Positions 50,201 through 62,200 of a stretch of 64,000 nucleotides of DNA are shown in pieces (position 1 is the first letter of the stretch; every line of letters starts with the position of its first letter). Position numbers and translations under genes: made by a program. Source of the DNA: Scyliorhinus canicula (taxonomy: Eukaryota); contig NC_052160.1 in NCBI RefSeq assembly GCF_902713615.1, positions 65,771,402 through 65,835,401 on the forward strand. Reading direction: 5' to 3'. The notes beneath the pieces are model-generated. The model searched no databases. It saw nothing but the letters and a program-made list of their open reading frames with translations, and was not told where the DNA came from.

Positions 50201-53200
50201 CCATGTTTCATATTTACACACTGTGAAGTTGCAGCCTGTATTTCATAATTTGAAGAGGATGCTCCTTAACGTCTGCCAGCGTTCTGATCTTCTGTCATCT
50301 GGTATGGAGAGGAATAGTTAAGTTGGAAGACCTTGTGCATATGCTCCTGGCTAAATGGCAATCCAGTTGCCCAGGTTTAGAACAGCATTTTGCATAGAAT
50401 TTACAGTGCAGAAGGAAGCCATTTGGCCCATCGAGTCTGCACCGGCCCTTGCAAAGAGCGCCCCACTTGCCTCCACCCTATTCCTGTAATCCAGTAACCC
50501 CACCAACCTTTTTGGATAATGGCAATTTAGCATGGCCAATCCACCCAACCTGCACATCTTTGGACTTTGGGAGGAAACCAGAGCACAGAGAGGAAACCCG
50601 CAGACACGGGGAGAATGTGCAGACTCCGCACAAGACAGTGATCCAAACTGGGAATCGAAACTGGGACCCGAGAGCTGTGAAGCAACAGTGTTAACCAATG
50701 TGCTACCGTGCTGCCCATGTAGGGGGTAATTGCTCTGGCTGCTTGCCTCTCTGTCACGGTCCAGCCCACACCCACACCTGGAGACCTCAGACCAGTCTAT
50801 TTCTGACCCATCATGGCAAAGATCTTGAAGTGCTGCCAGCTCTGGTATCCTCCCGTAAATGATGACATTTACGAAGACCAACTCACTCCATGCTTTTCCC
50901 CATTGAAATCATTGTCCCGTCAATTCTACCTATCCCTGTTATTTAAAGCAATGTTTATTTGCATGTTATTGATATTTTTGCTTTTAAATACCTTGATCAG
51001 GTCTTTTGAACATGAAAGTGATGGGAAGGAAAAGACTAGCTGGTCGGCATTCATGATGCTTGAAGCATCATGATGACACAGTTGAAAACTCGAGGCACGT
51101 AGTCTCCTGGGAGAGGTAAAAAAAATAAAAACAGCAAAACCCAAAACTAAAAACGGAGGAAAAATCCGAAATATTTCACCCCATCCCCATCAGGGGATTG
51201 AAACTAGTCCTGGAGAACACTTTGATCATACTTAGGTTAACTATTGAATCATTTGTCTTTAAGATGCGATCTCTATCTCAGCCAAGACTTGAACCAGTTC
51301 CTTATTTTTTCCGTGCAGATCATTGGAAGTGTATGCGGAAGGCTTCAAAATCTAACAGCAGCCTATTTCTATTCTTTAGTAGTTTAAACGCATTGTACTT
51401 GGTCTGACCAATCATCAGGAGTGCAGTCCAATCATTTAATTACATTCTATATCTCAATCAGCTTTCCTCTGAGTCTATGCTGTTCGAATGTAAAGAGGTT
51501 TGGCTCTTTAAATCTACCAGAGTAACATTCTTTAATCTAAGTATTACGCTGGTTCTTTTGTGAACCTTTCCCACTGCATATCTGCAGTAAATCCAAACCC
51601 AAAGCATAAAGTTGTTTTCATAGCTCAAAGCTCTTAGGTTGTGGCTCATTCTTGTTGCCTTACGCTGTACCTTCTGAGAAACTGCAATGAGCTCAAGGTT
51701 GGGGAAACCAAAATTGTACACCATGCTCAAGGTGAGGTCTTACCAAAGTCTTGCCATTATTGCTGTCCTGACGAACATGCTTTATGCCTGGCGGCAGCCT
51801 CCAGACACTGCTTGAATCTTTTGGGCATGGTCATTGCTGCCAAGTGTGTTTCCTTTGTCACCTTTAATGCGCAACGCCTACTTATGGCATACTCTATATC
51901 TGCATTCTGTTGTGTGTATACAAGTGCAACTGCTCATATCTTTGTTGAAAAGCATGGGCCAATTCTCCCAACCTATCTAAATGCAGACACAATCTATTTC
52001 TTATTTCTTCTAAAGTCCTGATTACTGGGTAAATCAAAAGTTGAAACAGAAGTATTAACCTTTGTTAAGGGCATAAGTTGTGTTGCTGTTCTGTGATCTG
52101 TTGCTGAATGTTCTGGAACTCAAATATCAGAATACTTCTGTCCGATTCACTATTTCCAGAAAATGTAGCATTTTCTAGATTTTGCACAAATGCATAATGT
52201 CATACGCAGCATGTATTTTTTTTTAACGTTTTCTAAATAGCATTGTATATATTTAAATTCCAATGGCAGTTGCTACATTTTAGGTGTTATTCTCCTTGCT
52301 ATAATAATAATGATCTTTATTGTCACAAGTAGGTTGACATTAACACTGCAATAAGGTTACCATGAAAATTTGTTGCCTGTTAGTGAAATGTACACATAGC
52401 ATGGTCAGTGACATCTCCTGTAGTGGTGACACGGTAGCAAAGTGGTTATCACCGTTGCTTCACAGCACCAGGGTCCCAGGTTCGATTCCAGGCTTGTGTC
52501 ACTGTCTGTGCAGAGTCTGCACGTTCTCCCCGTGTCTGTGTGGGTTTCCTCCGGGTGCTCCAGTTTCCTTCCACAAGTCTCGAAAGACGTGCTGTTAGGT
52601 AATTTGGTCATTCTGAATTCAACCTCCGTGTACCCGAACGGCGGAATGTGGCGACTAGGGGATTATCACAGTAACTTCATTGCAGTGTTAATGTAAGCCA
52701 ACTTGTGACAATAATAAAGATTATTATTTTGATCACCGAATGGAAGTTGGGGAGTTTTTTTTCTGCTACATTTTAGTTTTGAATTCATTTTCCTCCCGGG
52801 GATTACACTGACAGCAAATAAGGAGAAAAGGCCTGGTCAGTTATCTTAACACTGCGGTAGTAATGTTCCATAGTCTCTATTATGGATCGTTTTTATTTTT
52901 GACCTGGAGCCCAAGATTGCTCCCTGCCTACCTTGCAGTTTATGTGGTGTAATGTACAGTGTGTTTGCTTACTATTGCACCTGTATCTCCTCTCATTGGC
53001 TAAATTGGCATATGTTTTGCATTGCGATCTTGGCTGTACTGTCAGTCTGCCGGTTGCTTTGTAGGAAATAATATGGAATAGCCAGTGTCATGCTGAACTT
53101 GCATTTTTTTATAGTGCCTTTGACATAGTCAAACATTCAGCGGCACTTTGCAGGTTCCAAAAGATAATTGACCACTATTGCAGAATGCAATGGAACACAC

Positions 53201-56200
53201 TGCATTTATCTAGCAAGGGAGGGAAGCAAAAGCAAATGCTACCACATTAATTTAAAGTTTTTTTCCCCCTTGTAGAACTGCTGGGTGATATCTTAAAGGA
53301 CCAGCCTCAAGAAGCTGATGGCATAGACTCTGTGATTGTCGTGGATAATGTACCTCAAGTTGGACCTGATCGACTAGAGAAACTCCGAAATGTCATCCAG
53401 AAAATCTTTTCCAAGTTTGGGAAAATCACAAATGAGTTTTACCCAGATTCAGATGGGAAGACGAAGGGGTATGTTTGCAGTAAAGATTTGATAGTAATGC
53501 AAACTTCTCAGTTGTGACTCAAAGTACATAATAATAACTAACCTATCAAGAAATTGCATGTAATAGTAGTGTTTTCCAAAGGAGTTAGATTTGGTAATCT
53601 TCCACACGTCCTTTGTGTTGCAATGTACCATTACATTTTCTGCTGTAACAGTATGATTATACAACAATTCATGCTCATATAGCACCTTTGAAATGTCCCA
53701 AAGCACTTCACAGGAGTGTTCTCAAACAAGATTTGACACCAAGCCACTTAAGGAACAACTGCTTGCAAAAGAGCATCTTAAGGAGGAAAGAGTGGCAGAG
53801 ATGTTTAGCGAGGGGATTCCAGAAGTTATGACGTAGGCAATTAAAGGTGTGGTCATGGAGCTGCTGAAATCCGAGATGTACGAGAGGCCAGAATTGGGAG
53901 GGTGCTGCTATCTCCAGGGGTTTGTAAAACTGGATCAGTGAAATGTAGAGAATAGTGTGGCTATGGAAGGATTTGCAAATGACGAGAGTTTTAAAATTGA
54001 ATTAAAATCATAATTGAGGGACTGATGAGGAGTCTTGAGGAAGTACAAGAAATTATGATTTTGTAGCATATAGAATTCTTTTTTAAAATAAATTTAAAGT
54101 ACCTAACTCTCTTTTTTGCAATTTAGCGTGGCCAAGTCACTTACCTTGCCTATTTTTGGGTTGTGGGGGTTGAGACCCGCATAAACACAGGGAGAATGTG
54201 AAAACCACACAGACGGGGGGCTGGGATCAAACCTGGGTCCTTGGCGCTGAGACAGCAGTGCTAATCACTGCGCTAGCCTGTCGCCCCTTGCATATAGAAT
54301 TCTTCCTGAAAAATATGCTAATACAGCAGCTCAGATTAAAATGGATTTGACGTTTATGCAGTGGACCATAATGCCATGGTTTGCCATGGGGATTTGACAT
54401 CAATGCAGCGCTTGAATAAATAAAAGGAACCAGTTTCCACTCACAAACTGAACTGTGAATGAACAAAGTTTTGAGCCTGGCCAGCAAATTTAACTTTTAA
54501 TATTTTGTTTAAATATGCAGTTATCTAACCAAGAAACAGATATTTAAAGGATTTCACACTTTAATAAATACACTTGGTGATAACATCTTAACGTTCACAA
54601 CTTTGTTTTTAGGTACATTTTCTTGGAATACAGTTCACCAGCATGTGCTGTGGATGCAGTGAAAAATGCAGATGGATACAAGTTAGACAAACAGCATACT
54701 TTTCGTGTCAACCTCTTCACTGATTTTGATAAGTAGGTGTTAAACTGTGTTTAAGTCAACTTCATTATTTCTGTTGACTTATTTGATTTGGATCCCACAT
54801 CCCAAGGGCTATTGAGGCTTAGGGATCCATTTGCATGCAAGAGGTTGAGACAAAGTGGAGGGATGAAGGGACAAATGATAAATACACTGAAGTAAATTTT
54901 CCTGTATCACTTGATCAATTTTTAAAAGACCAAGATTTATCCTGCTATTTGCTAAAAGAATTTCTTACCAGCATTTAATATTGTACAAGTCCCTAACAAC
55001 TTTGTTCAATTGACTTTGTATTTTCTTGCCAGGTACATGACCATCAGTGATGATTGGGAAATTCCGCCAAAACAACCATTCAAAGATTTTGTAAGTCACG
55101 GTAAAATACAAAATAAATTTGATATGAACACTGGTTTCCATTATTACCTACTTATTTTCATATTCATCGTAACAATATTTTTGGCTGAAGTTAACTAAAG
55201 GTTGCATAAGGCGCACATGACTGGGACAATGCTGAGCCGGTTCTTTGGGGGAGAAGACGGGTGTGTCAGGTGTTCGAGGAGCCGGCAAACCACACCCACA
55301 TGTTTTGGGTGTGCCCTGCGCTGGAGGGCTTTTGGAGGGGCGTCGCGGAGACTTTGTCAAGGGTGGTTGGCTCCAGGGTTGGGGGCTCGCAATTTTTGGG
55401 GTGGCAGTGGAGCCGGGAGTGCAGGAGGCGAAAGAGGCCGGTATTCTGGCCTTTGCCAGAATTTGCTTCTGGTAGCCCGGCGCAGGATTCTTTTGCAGTG
55501 GAAGGATTTATCAAACTGGAGAGGGTCAAGTTTGCCCTAAGGGAAGGCAGCACGGTGGCCTAGTGGTTAGCACAACCGCCTCACGGCGCTGAGGTCCCAG
55601 GTTCAATCCCGGCTCTGGGTCACTGTCCGTGTGGAGTTTGCACATTCTCCCCGTGTCTGCGTGGGTTTCGCCCCCACAACCCAAAAAAAATAAAATGTGC
55701 AGAGTAGGTGGATTGGCCACGCTAAATTGCCCCTTAATTGGAAAAAAATAATTGACAAAAAAAAAAGTTTGCCTTAAGGGGGTCGGTGCAAGGGTTCTTC
55801 CGGTGGTGGCAGCCGTTTCTAGACTTCCTGGCGGAGCATTGCCGGGGGATGATGGGATGGGCGGGGGTGTTCTTTACTGGGTATGTGTATTTGTTTCCAT
55901 GTTATTTAATTATTATTTTTGTTAATTTATTGCTTCTGTATTTGAGGGGGGGTTACTGTTTTTTTCTATTTTCTTCCATGTTGGTGAAAATTTGAATAAA
56001 AATTATTTTTTAAAAATAACAATAATAATCTTTTATTATTGTCACAAGTAGACTTATATTAACACTGCAATGAAGTTATTATGAAAATCCTTTTATCGCC
56101 AAACTCTGGCACCTGTTCAGGTACACTAAGGGAGAATTCAGAATGTAAAATTCACCAAACAAACACATCTTTTGGGATTTGAGGGAGGAAACCCGAGCAC

Positions 56201-59200
56201 CCGGAGGAACCCCACATAGACACTGGGAGAACGTGCAGACTCCGCACAGACAAGCGACCCAAGCCGGGAATCGAACCTGGGACCCTGGTGCTGTGAAGCA
56301 ACGGTGCTAACCACTGTGCTACCGTGCCGCCCGTATCATTTTCTATATCCCAACGTTCAATTTGTTGGCCTTTTGAGACAATACAGTGTGACTGGGACTT
56401 GGTACAAGTCCATGCTGAAAGCGATATATAATTGCTTTTATGTATTAGCTGCAGATATAAAATCCCAACACTTATTTGGATGGCCACCTATATTGGACCA
56501 AATGATGCTGACTATTTGCTACTTTCACACATGTCAATTACAAAATTGACAAAATACTACTTCAGCCAAATTAAGCATACCAAATATTTCAGGCTGCTTG
56601 TACTTAAAGTGCCATTGCATGGCAGTGGCACAAGTGAAACTGTCCCATCTCCTTCTTGCGTGTTTCATTATGGAGCCATTGACTCTGCGCATAAGGTATA
56701 GAGATGGAATTTTATGATTCCCTCTGCTATTTAAAAATAAATTTGCTAACACCAACCACTGCAAATAGAGGACAAATTACATACCAATCTGCTGTAAACT
56801 GTAATAGAGGAAATTTTCACTTTTTGGACATCCCATTTCAAAATTGACACATTTTAAAAATCTAATTGATAAAAGTTAATACCAAGTTCATAACAGTTTT
56901 GTATGTGATATAGGGGAATCTTCGATACTGGTTAGAGGATCCAGATTGTCGAGATCAATGCAGTATCATCTACGAGTCTGGAGATAGAACAGCTATTTTG
57001 TGGAATGACACAAAGGAACCTGTTGTCATTGAAGAACGTGCAGTAAGTATTATCTAAATTTAACACTTGGCTGGACTTGTCTGGAAAAAAAGACTTGGAT
57101 GGATAAACATGTAAAAACCAATTAAGAGCATAGGAGATGGGAGCAAGAATATGCCATTCAGCCCAATGAGCCACTTTCCTGTCATTGGATATCCCATATC
57201 CCTGGGTTCCCCGAGAAATCAAATACTTGTCTATCTTGACCTTCAATATGTTCAACAATGGAACATTCATAACCCTTTGGGTTAGAGAATTATAAAGGTT
57301 CATGGTCTTTTGAGTAAAGAAATTTCTACTCATCACAGTCCAAAATGATTGGCCTCTTATCCTGCAACTGTGCCCCCCCCCTCCCCCCATGTTCTGGATT
57401 CCAGAGGAAACTACAACTGAATGTCTACCCTATGAAGCCCAATCAGAATCTTGTTTGTTTGAATGAGATCACCTCTTTTTCTTCTAACCTCCAGAGAATA
57501 TAGACCCCATTTATTCAGCCTGTCGTCATAGGACAACCCTCACCATCCACAAACCAATTTAGTGAACCTTCACTGTATGGTTTCCCAGGCTTGTGTATGG
57601 AGACCAAAACTGCACAAATACCTCGGGTATGGCCTTACCAAAACCCTATATAATTTCCGGGTGGCTTCTTTATTCTTGAATTCCAACCCCTTTACTTTGA
57701 GATAGTTAGTTCATGTTGTATTTTTGTTTGAATACCAATCTTGATAAAATGATTTGGTTGCTAAAAAAGACATTCAAACAAATTCTCTAGTGATTCTTAA
57801 TTAAAGCAGTATACAGCAAAACTCGAAGGTCCCAGGTTCGATTTGAATTTGCTGAGTTGACTAATTTTGGTGGTCAGGTTGCCTGTTTTTCTACGGACTT
57901 GGCTTATGAAGGGGTAAACGGTGGCACTCCAGATTGCTATCTATTAGCCCCTCCTGGAGTATATCTGGGCGTTGTTCAAGGGGAAGGTTAGGCTCAAGTG
58001 GTCATTTAAAAAACATTTTTTTAGAGTATCCAATCATTTTTTTCCCAATTAAGGGGCAATTTATCATGGCCAAACCACCTGCCCTGCACATCCGGGTGAA
58101 ACCCATGCAGACACAGGAGAATGTGCCAACTCCACATGGACAGTGACCTGGGGCCAGGATCGAACCCCGTCCTCAGTGCTGCTGGTGGCAGTGCTAACCA
58201 CTGCTGCTTGAGGCTCAGTTGTAATTAATTAGAACATAGAACAGTACAGCACAGAACAGGCCCTTCGGCCCTCAATGTTGTGCCGAGCCATGATCACCCT
58301 ACTCAAACCCACGTATTCACCCTATACCCGTAACCCAACAACCCTCCCCCCCCTTTAACCTTACTTTTTAGGACACTACGGGCAATTTATCATGGCCAAT
58401 CCACCTAACCCGCACATCTTTGGACTGTGGGAGGAAACCGGAGCACCCGGAGGAAACCCACGCACACAGGGGGAGGACGTGCAGACTCCACACAGACAGT
58501 GACCCAGCCGGGAATCGAACCTGGGACCCTGGAGCTGTGAAGCATTTATGCTAACCACCATGCTACCCTGCTGCCCCTGCTACCCTGCTGCCCCTAATTG
58601 TGAAGTAACCTGCCAGCAGTCACCACTTTGACTCGTAAATGAATAATGGCCTGAGTAAATTAGCTTAAAGTGCGAAGCAAGAGGTCAGTGTGAGTGAGAA
58701 GAGATAATGTTGACTGAATGAGTTAATAGATGGACTACCTTTTCCTTTTGCTGTAATAAGCAAAGTAATTTTGGATGGGGTCCTTTGTACTGGATGATGA
58801 GGCTCCCTGGGTGGAAACAGTTCGTATTGATTCATTGAAATGCAAGTAAAATAGGTTTCTTTCAGTAAAACTCTGGATACAGTTTGAGTAATTTGAGAAT
58901 GACGTGTTAAGTGTAGTTTCCCAGAAATCTCCCTACTGATTTTCCTCACAAATGTTTGTGCGTGTTTTAGACTTATGTATAAATATGTATTGTGATTAGT
59001 GAACATCTATTATACATCAATCATGCCACTACCAGCATGGTAGAAGGTGAACCAGATGCACTTTTGTTTAGCAATTCCTAACCATCTTTTATGGAAAATG
59101 TTATGGTTTATTGATATCCTAAATAAGGTTTTGCTGTTGTGGTTAAATAATTTGTAATATACGGTTGGTTTGTTGGGAGTTGTTAACTGTTCAAAGCTTT

Positions 59201-62200
59201 TGGATTTAAAATTGCCTCAAGACCAAAACAGAAAAGTGTCGGTTTAAGGCTCACCTTCAAGTTCCTATCTGTCAACAGAAATACATGTACAAATGATTTA
59301 TTCTCCATATATTGGTGGCTATTGCTGATGATCTGGAGGTGAATCCACAGGCGATCAGTCATTTTGTCCTATTAGCTATAAATTGTTCACTGGACCATAC
59401 TTTTAGAAAATGCCTAAAAGTGTTTCTCGTAGGTCTTAATCAGGATGTCAGCAGAATGCAACAGGAAGCTGTGGACCTTGGGGCGCTGTTACATATCTCG
59501 GTACACGTGCTGTTTGCGAAGATTGTCAGTTTTGCGGCCAGCGGGTTTATTATCCTTGTTTCTTAAATGAGGAAAATGACTGTCTTTCATGGCCTTTCTT
59601 AGTTCTGTTTGCAGAGCTAGGTTCAACAAAGCTCAAATTAGGACTGTAAATGTGTTTTGTTCTTTTTGTTGACAGCGTTGGACAGAGACATATGTTCGTT
59701 GGTCCCCCAAAGGCACGTACTTAGCAACATTCCATCAGCGTGGTATTGCTCTTTGGGGTGGGGAGAAGTTCAAGCAGATCCAGCGTTTTAGCCACCAAGG
59801 TGTCCAGCTTATCGATTTCTCTCCATGTGAAAGGTATCTACTTTTATTTGATGCTGGGCTAACCCACTCCTGACATTCCCCTTTATCAGTTCCTCTTGTG
59901 CCCTAGTGGTCTAAGTCACTTAACTGGTAAACCACAAACCTAGAGCAATGCTGTGGGGTCCTGGGCTCAAATCCCACCACAGTAAGTTGTCCTGTGACTG
60001 GCATGGTGGCCAGTTAGCTCCAATGGTTAAGAGTATCCTGCTACGAATGTCAAGGCAATGGCGTCAATCCCTGTGCTTGCCTGTTCCAAGGGACGGCGTA
60101 CCAAACCTTCGGTCAGAGGGACTATAGTGCATCATTGGACCCAGGAACATTATTTAGATTGTGCTTCTTGGTCTTTTGGCTTAGATAAAGTGTAGGATCA
60201 AGTCCAAGATCCGGTTTTAAATAGCCTGTTCTTGTCAGCTTGGATCTCGTATGTCTCTCTTGTAGGGACCATGAATTGGATTCAATTTGAAAGTCCCCAT
60301 AATATATTTTCCTCCAGCTTGGTACTGCATTTGCCATCAAAAAGAGGTATTTTCGTTTTATTGTGTTCTGAAAATATTGATGATGTGGAGATGCTGGCGT
60401 TGGACTGGGGTGAGCACAGTAGGAAGTCTTACAACACCAGGTTAAAGTCCACCAGGTTTGTTTCAAACACTAACTTTCGGAGCACTGCTCCTTCCTCAGG
60501 TGAATGAAGAGGTCTGTCCCTCTTCATTCGCCTGAGGAAGGAGCAGTGCTCTGAAAGCTAGTGTTTGAAACAAACCTGCTGGACTTTAACCTGGTTTTGT
60601 AAGACTTCCTACTGAAAATATTGAAGTGTGAAATATTTTACATTTACCCAAACAGCTTGGACTGTATTCCCCGAGCAAAAATGTCTTCTTTTTTTGAGCC
60701 CAAAGTCTTTATTTATCTGTACAATGTGTTGAAACAGAGTTAATGATATGAGTTGGGAACATTTTGTTGAAACAATCTGTTCCTCTGATGCCGTACCTGT
60801 TGACTATTTTGAGCATTTTTTTGGCCTGTTTTAGATTTACAGCTTCTGCAGTATTTTGCTTTTGCAATTTTTGTAATTAATTTTCACTTTAATATTAATG
60901 TGCGATACGAAATTTAGGAGAAGTGACAGGACCTAGTAGAGTAAGGGTTTTTAAGCCAGCAACTCGTCATGTAGCCTTACTGCGAATACCTGCTGTATGT
61001 GGTACCCCGTTCTGGAAAATAATCTTTATCTTCTCATCTACCCGGTCTAGCACTGCAGCCTCAGGACCTGGGTTCAAGTCCGATCTTGGGCAACTGTCTG
61101 TGTGGAGCTTTTACGTTCTCCCCGTGTCTGGGGTTTCCTCTGGGTGCTTGGTTTCCTCCAAAGATGTTCCAGTTCGGTGTATTAGACCATAGAACAGTAC
61201 AGCACGGTACAGGCCCTTCGGCCCACAGTGTTGTGCCAACCACATATCTTAATCTAAGATCAACCTAAATGTCCCTAATGACTCTGACTCCACCACCTCT
61301 GCTGGCAGTGCATTCCACGCACCCACTCCTTCCTATATTGAGGCGACCAGAACTGGACACAATATTCCAAGTGTGGTCTAACCAGGGTTTTATAAAGCTG
61401 CAGCAAAACCTTGCCGCTCTTAAACTCAGTCCCCCTGTTAATGAAAGTCAACACATCATACGCCTTCTTAACAACCCTTCGGCCATGATAAAATTGCCCC
61501 ATAGTGTCTAAAGGCGAGGTGGGGTTATTGGGATAGGGTGGGAGAGTGGGCCTAGGTGGGGTGCCCTTTCAAAGTGTTTGTGCAGATTAAATGGGCCGAA
61601 AGGACTCCTTCTGCACTGTAGAGAGTATATGATATGACGTTTGCCAAATAAGGCATTCCAGGAGCATATGAGATTTCCAGTCGAGTGGCAAATTGATGTC
61701 AGTTTCGTGCTCGTGCTTAATGAGAGCTGGATTGAGGCTGTCTAACTCGAGTTCATGTAGGATCAGTGGACAGCCCAGTTTATCACCATTTGTGCTAGAT
61801 TTTAAACCTTCGTCCCAAGATGAAAGTTCCATTTCAGCCAGTTACCCTCTGCATTTGCTCCCCTTTCACTATGTTTCATTTTTAAATCTTTGACTTCACT
61901 GCCAATGAAGCTTCCTTCTGGTTATGTTTAGTTTCAGTGCTGCTGATGTGAACACCAACTTCATATGTTGTGAAAGCAATTCTGAGATAGAACTGTGAGG
62001 GGGTGGCGAAGAGCTGTGTGTGAACACGACTAATTTGTATTTGATTATTTCACAGATATATGGTGTCATTTAGTCCTTTAATGGACACTAAAGATGATCC
62101 TCAAGCCATCATCATTTGGGATGCATTAACAGGCCAGAAGAAAAGAGGGTTTCATTGTGAAAGCTCAGCTCATTGGCCTATATTCAAGTGAGTGTGATCT

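Noticed and set aside
59312-59566. Unique intronic segment with a CTGATGA motif or 84-aa ORF, as an intronic snoRNA or extra exon
   Set aside because: No matching D box or terminal stem was found, and EIF3B exons 5 and 6 already join in frame. An Rfam search would settle it.
60008-60081. Functional tRNA gene (also the many SINE heads with A/B boxes)
   Set aside because: The cloverleaf stems, anticodon and T-loop are degenerate; the other heads continue into SINE bodies.
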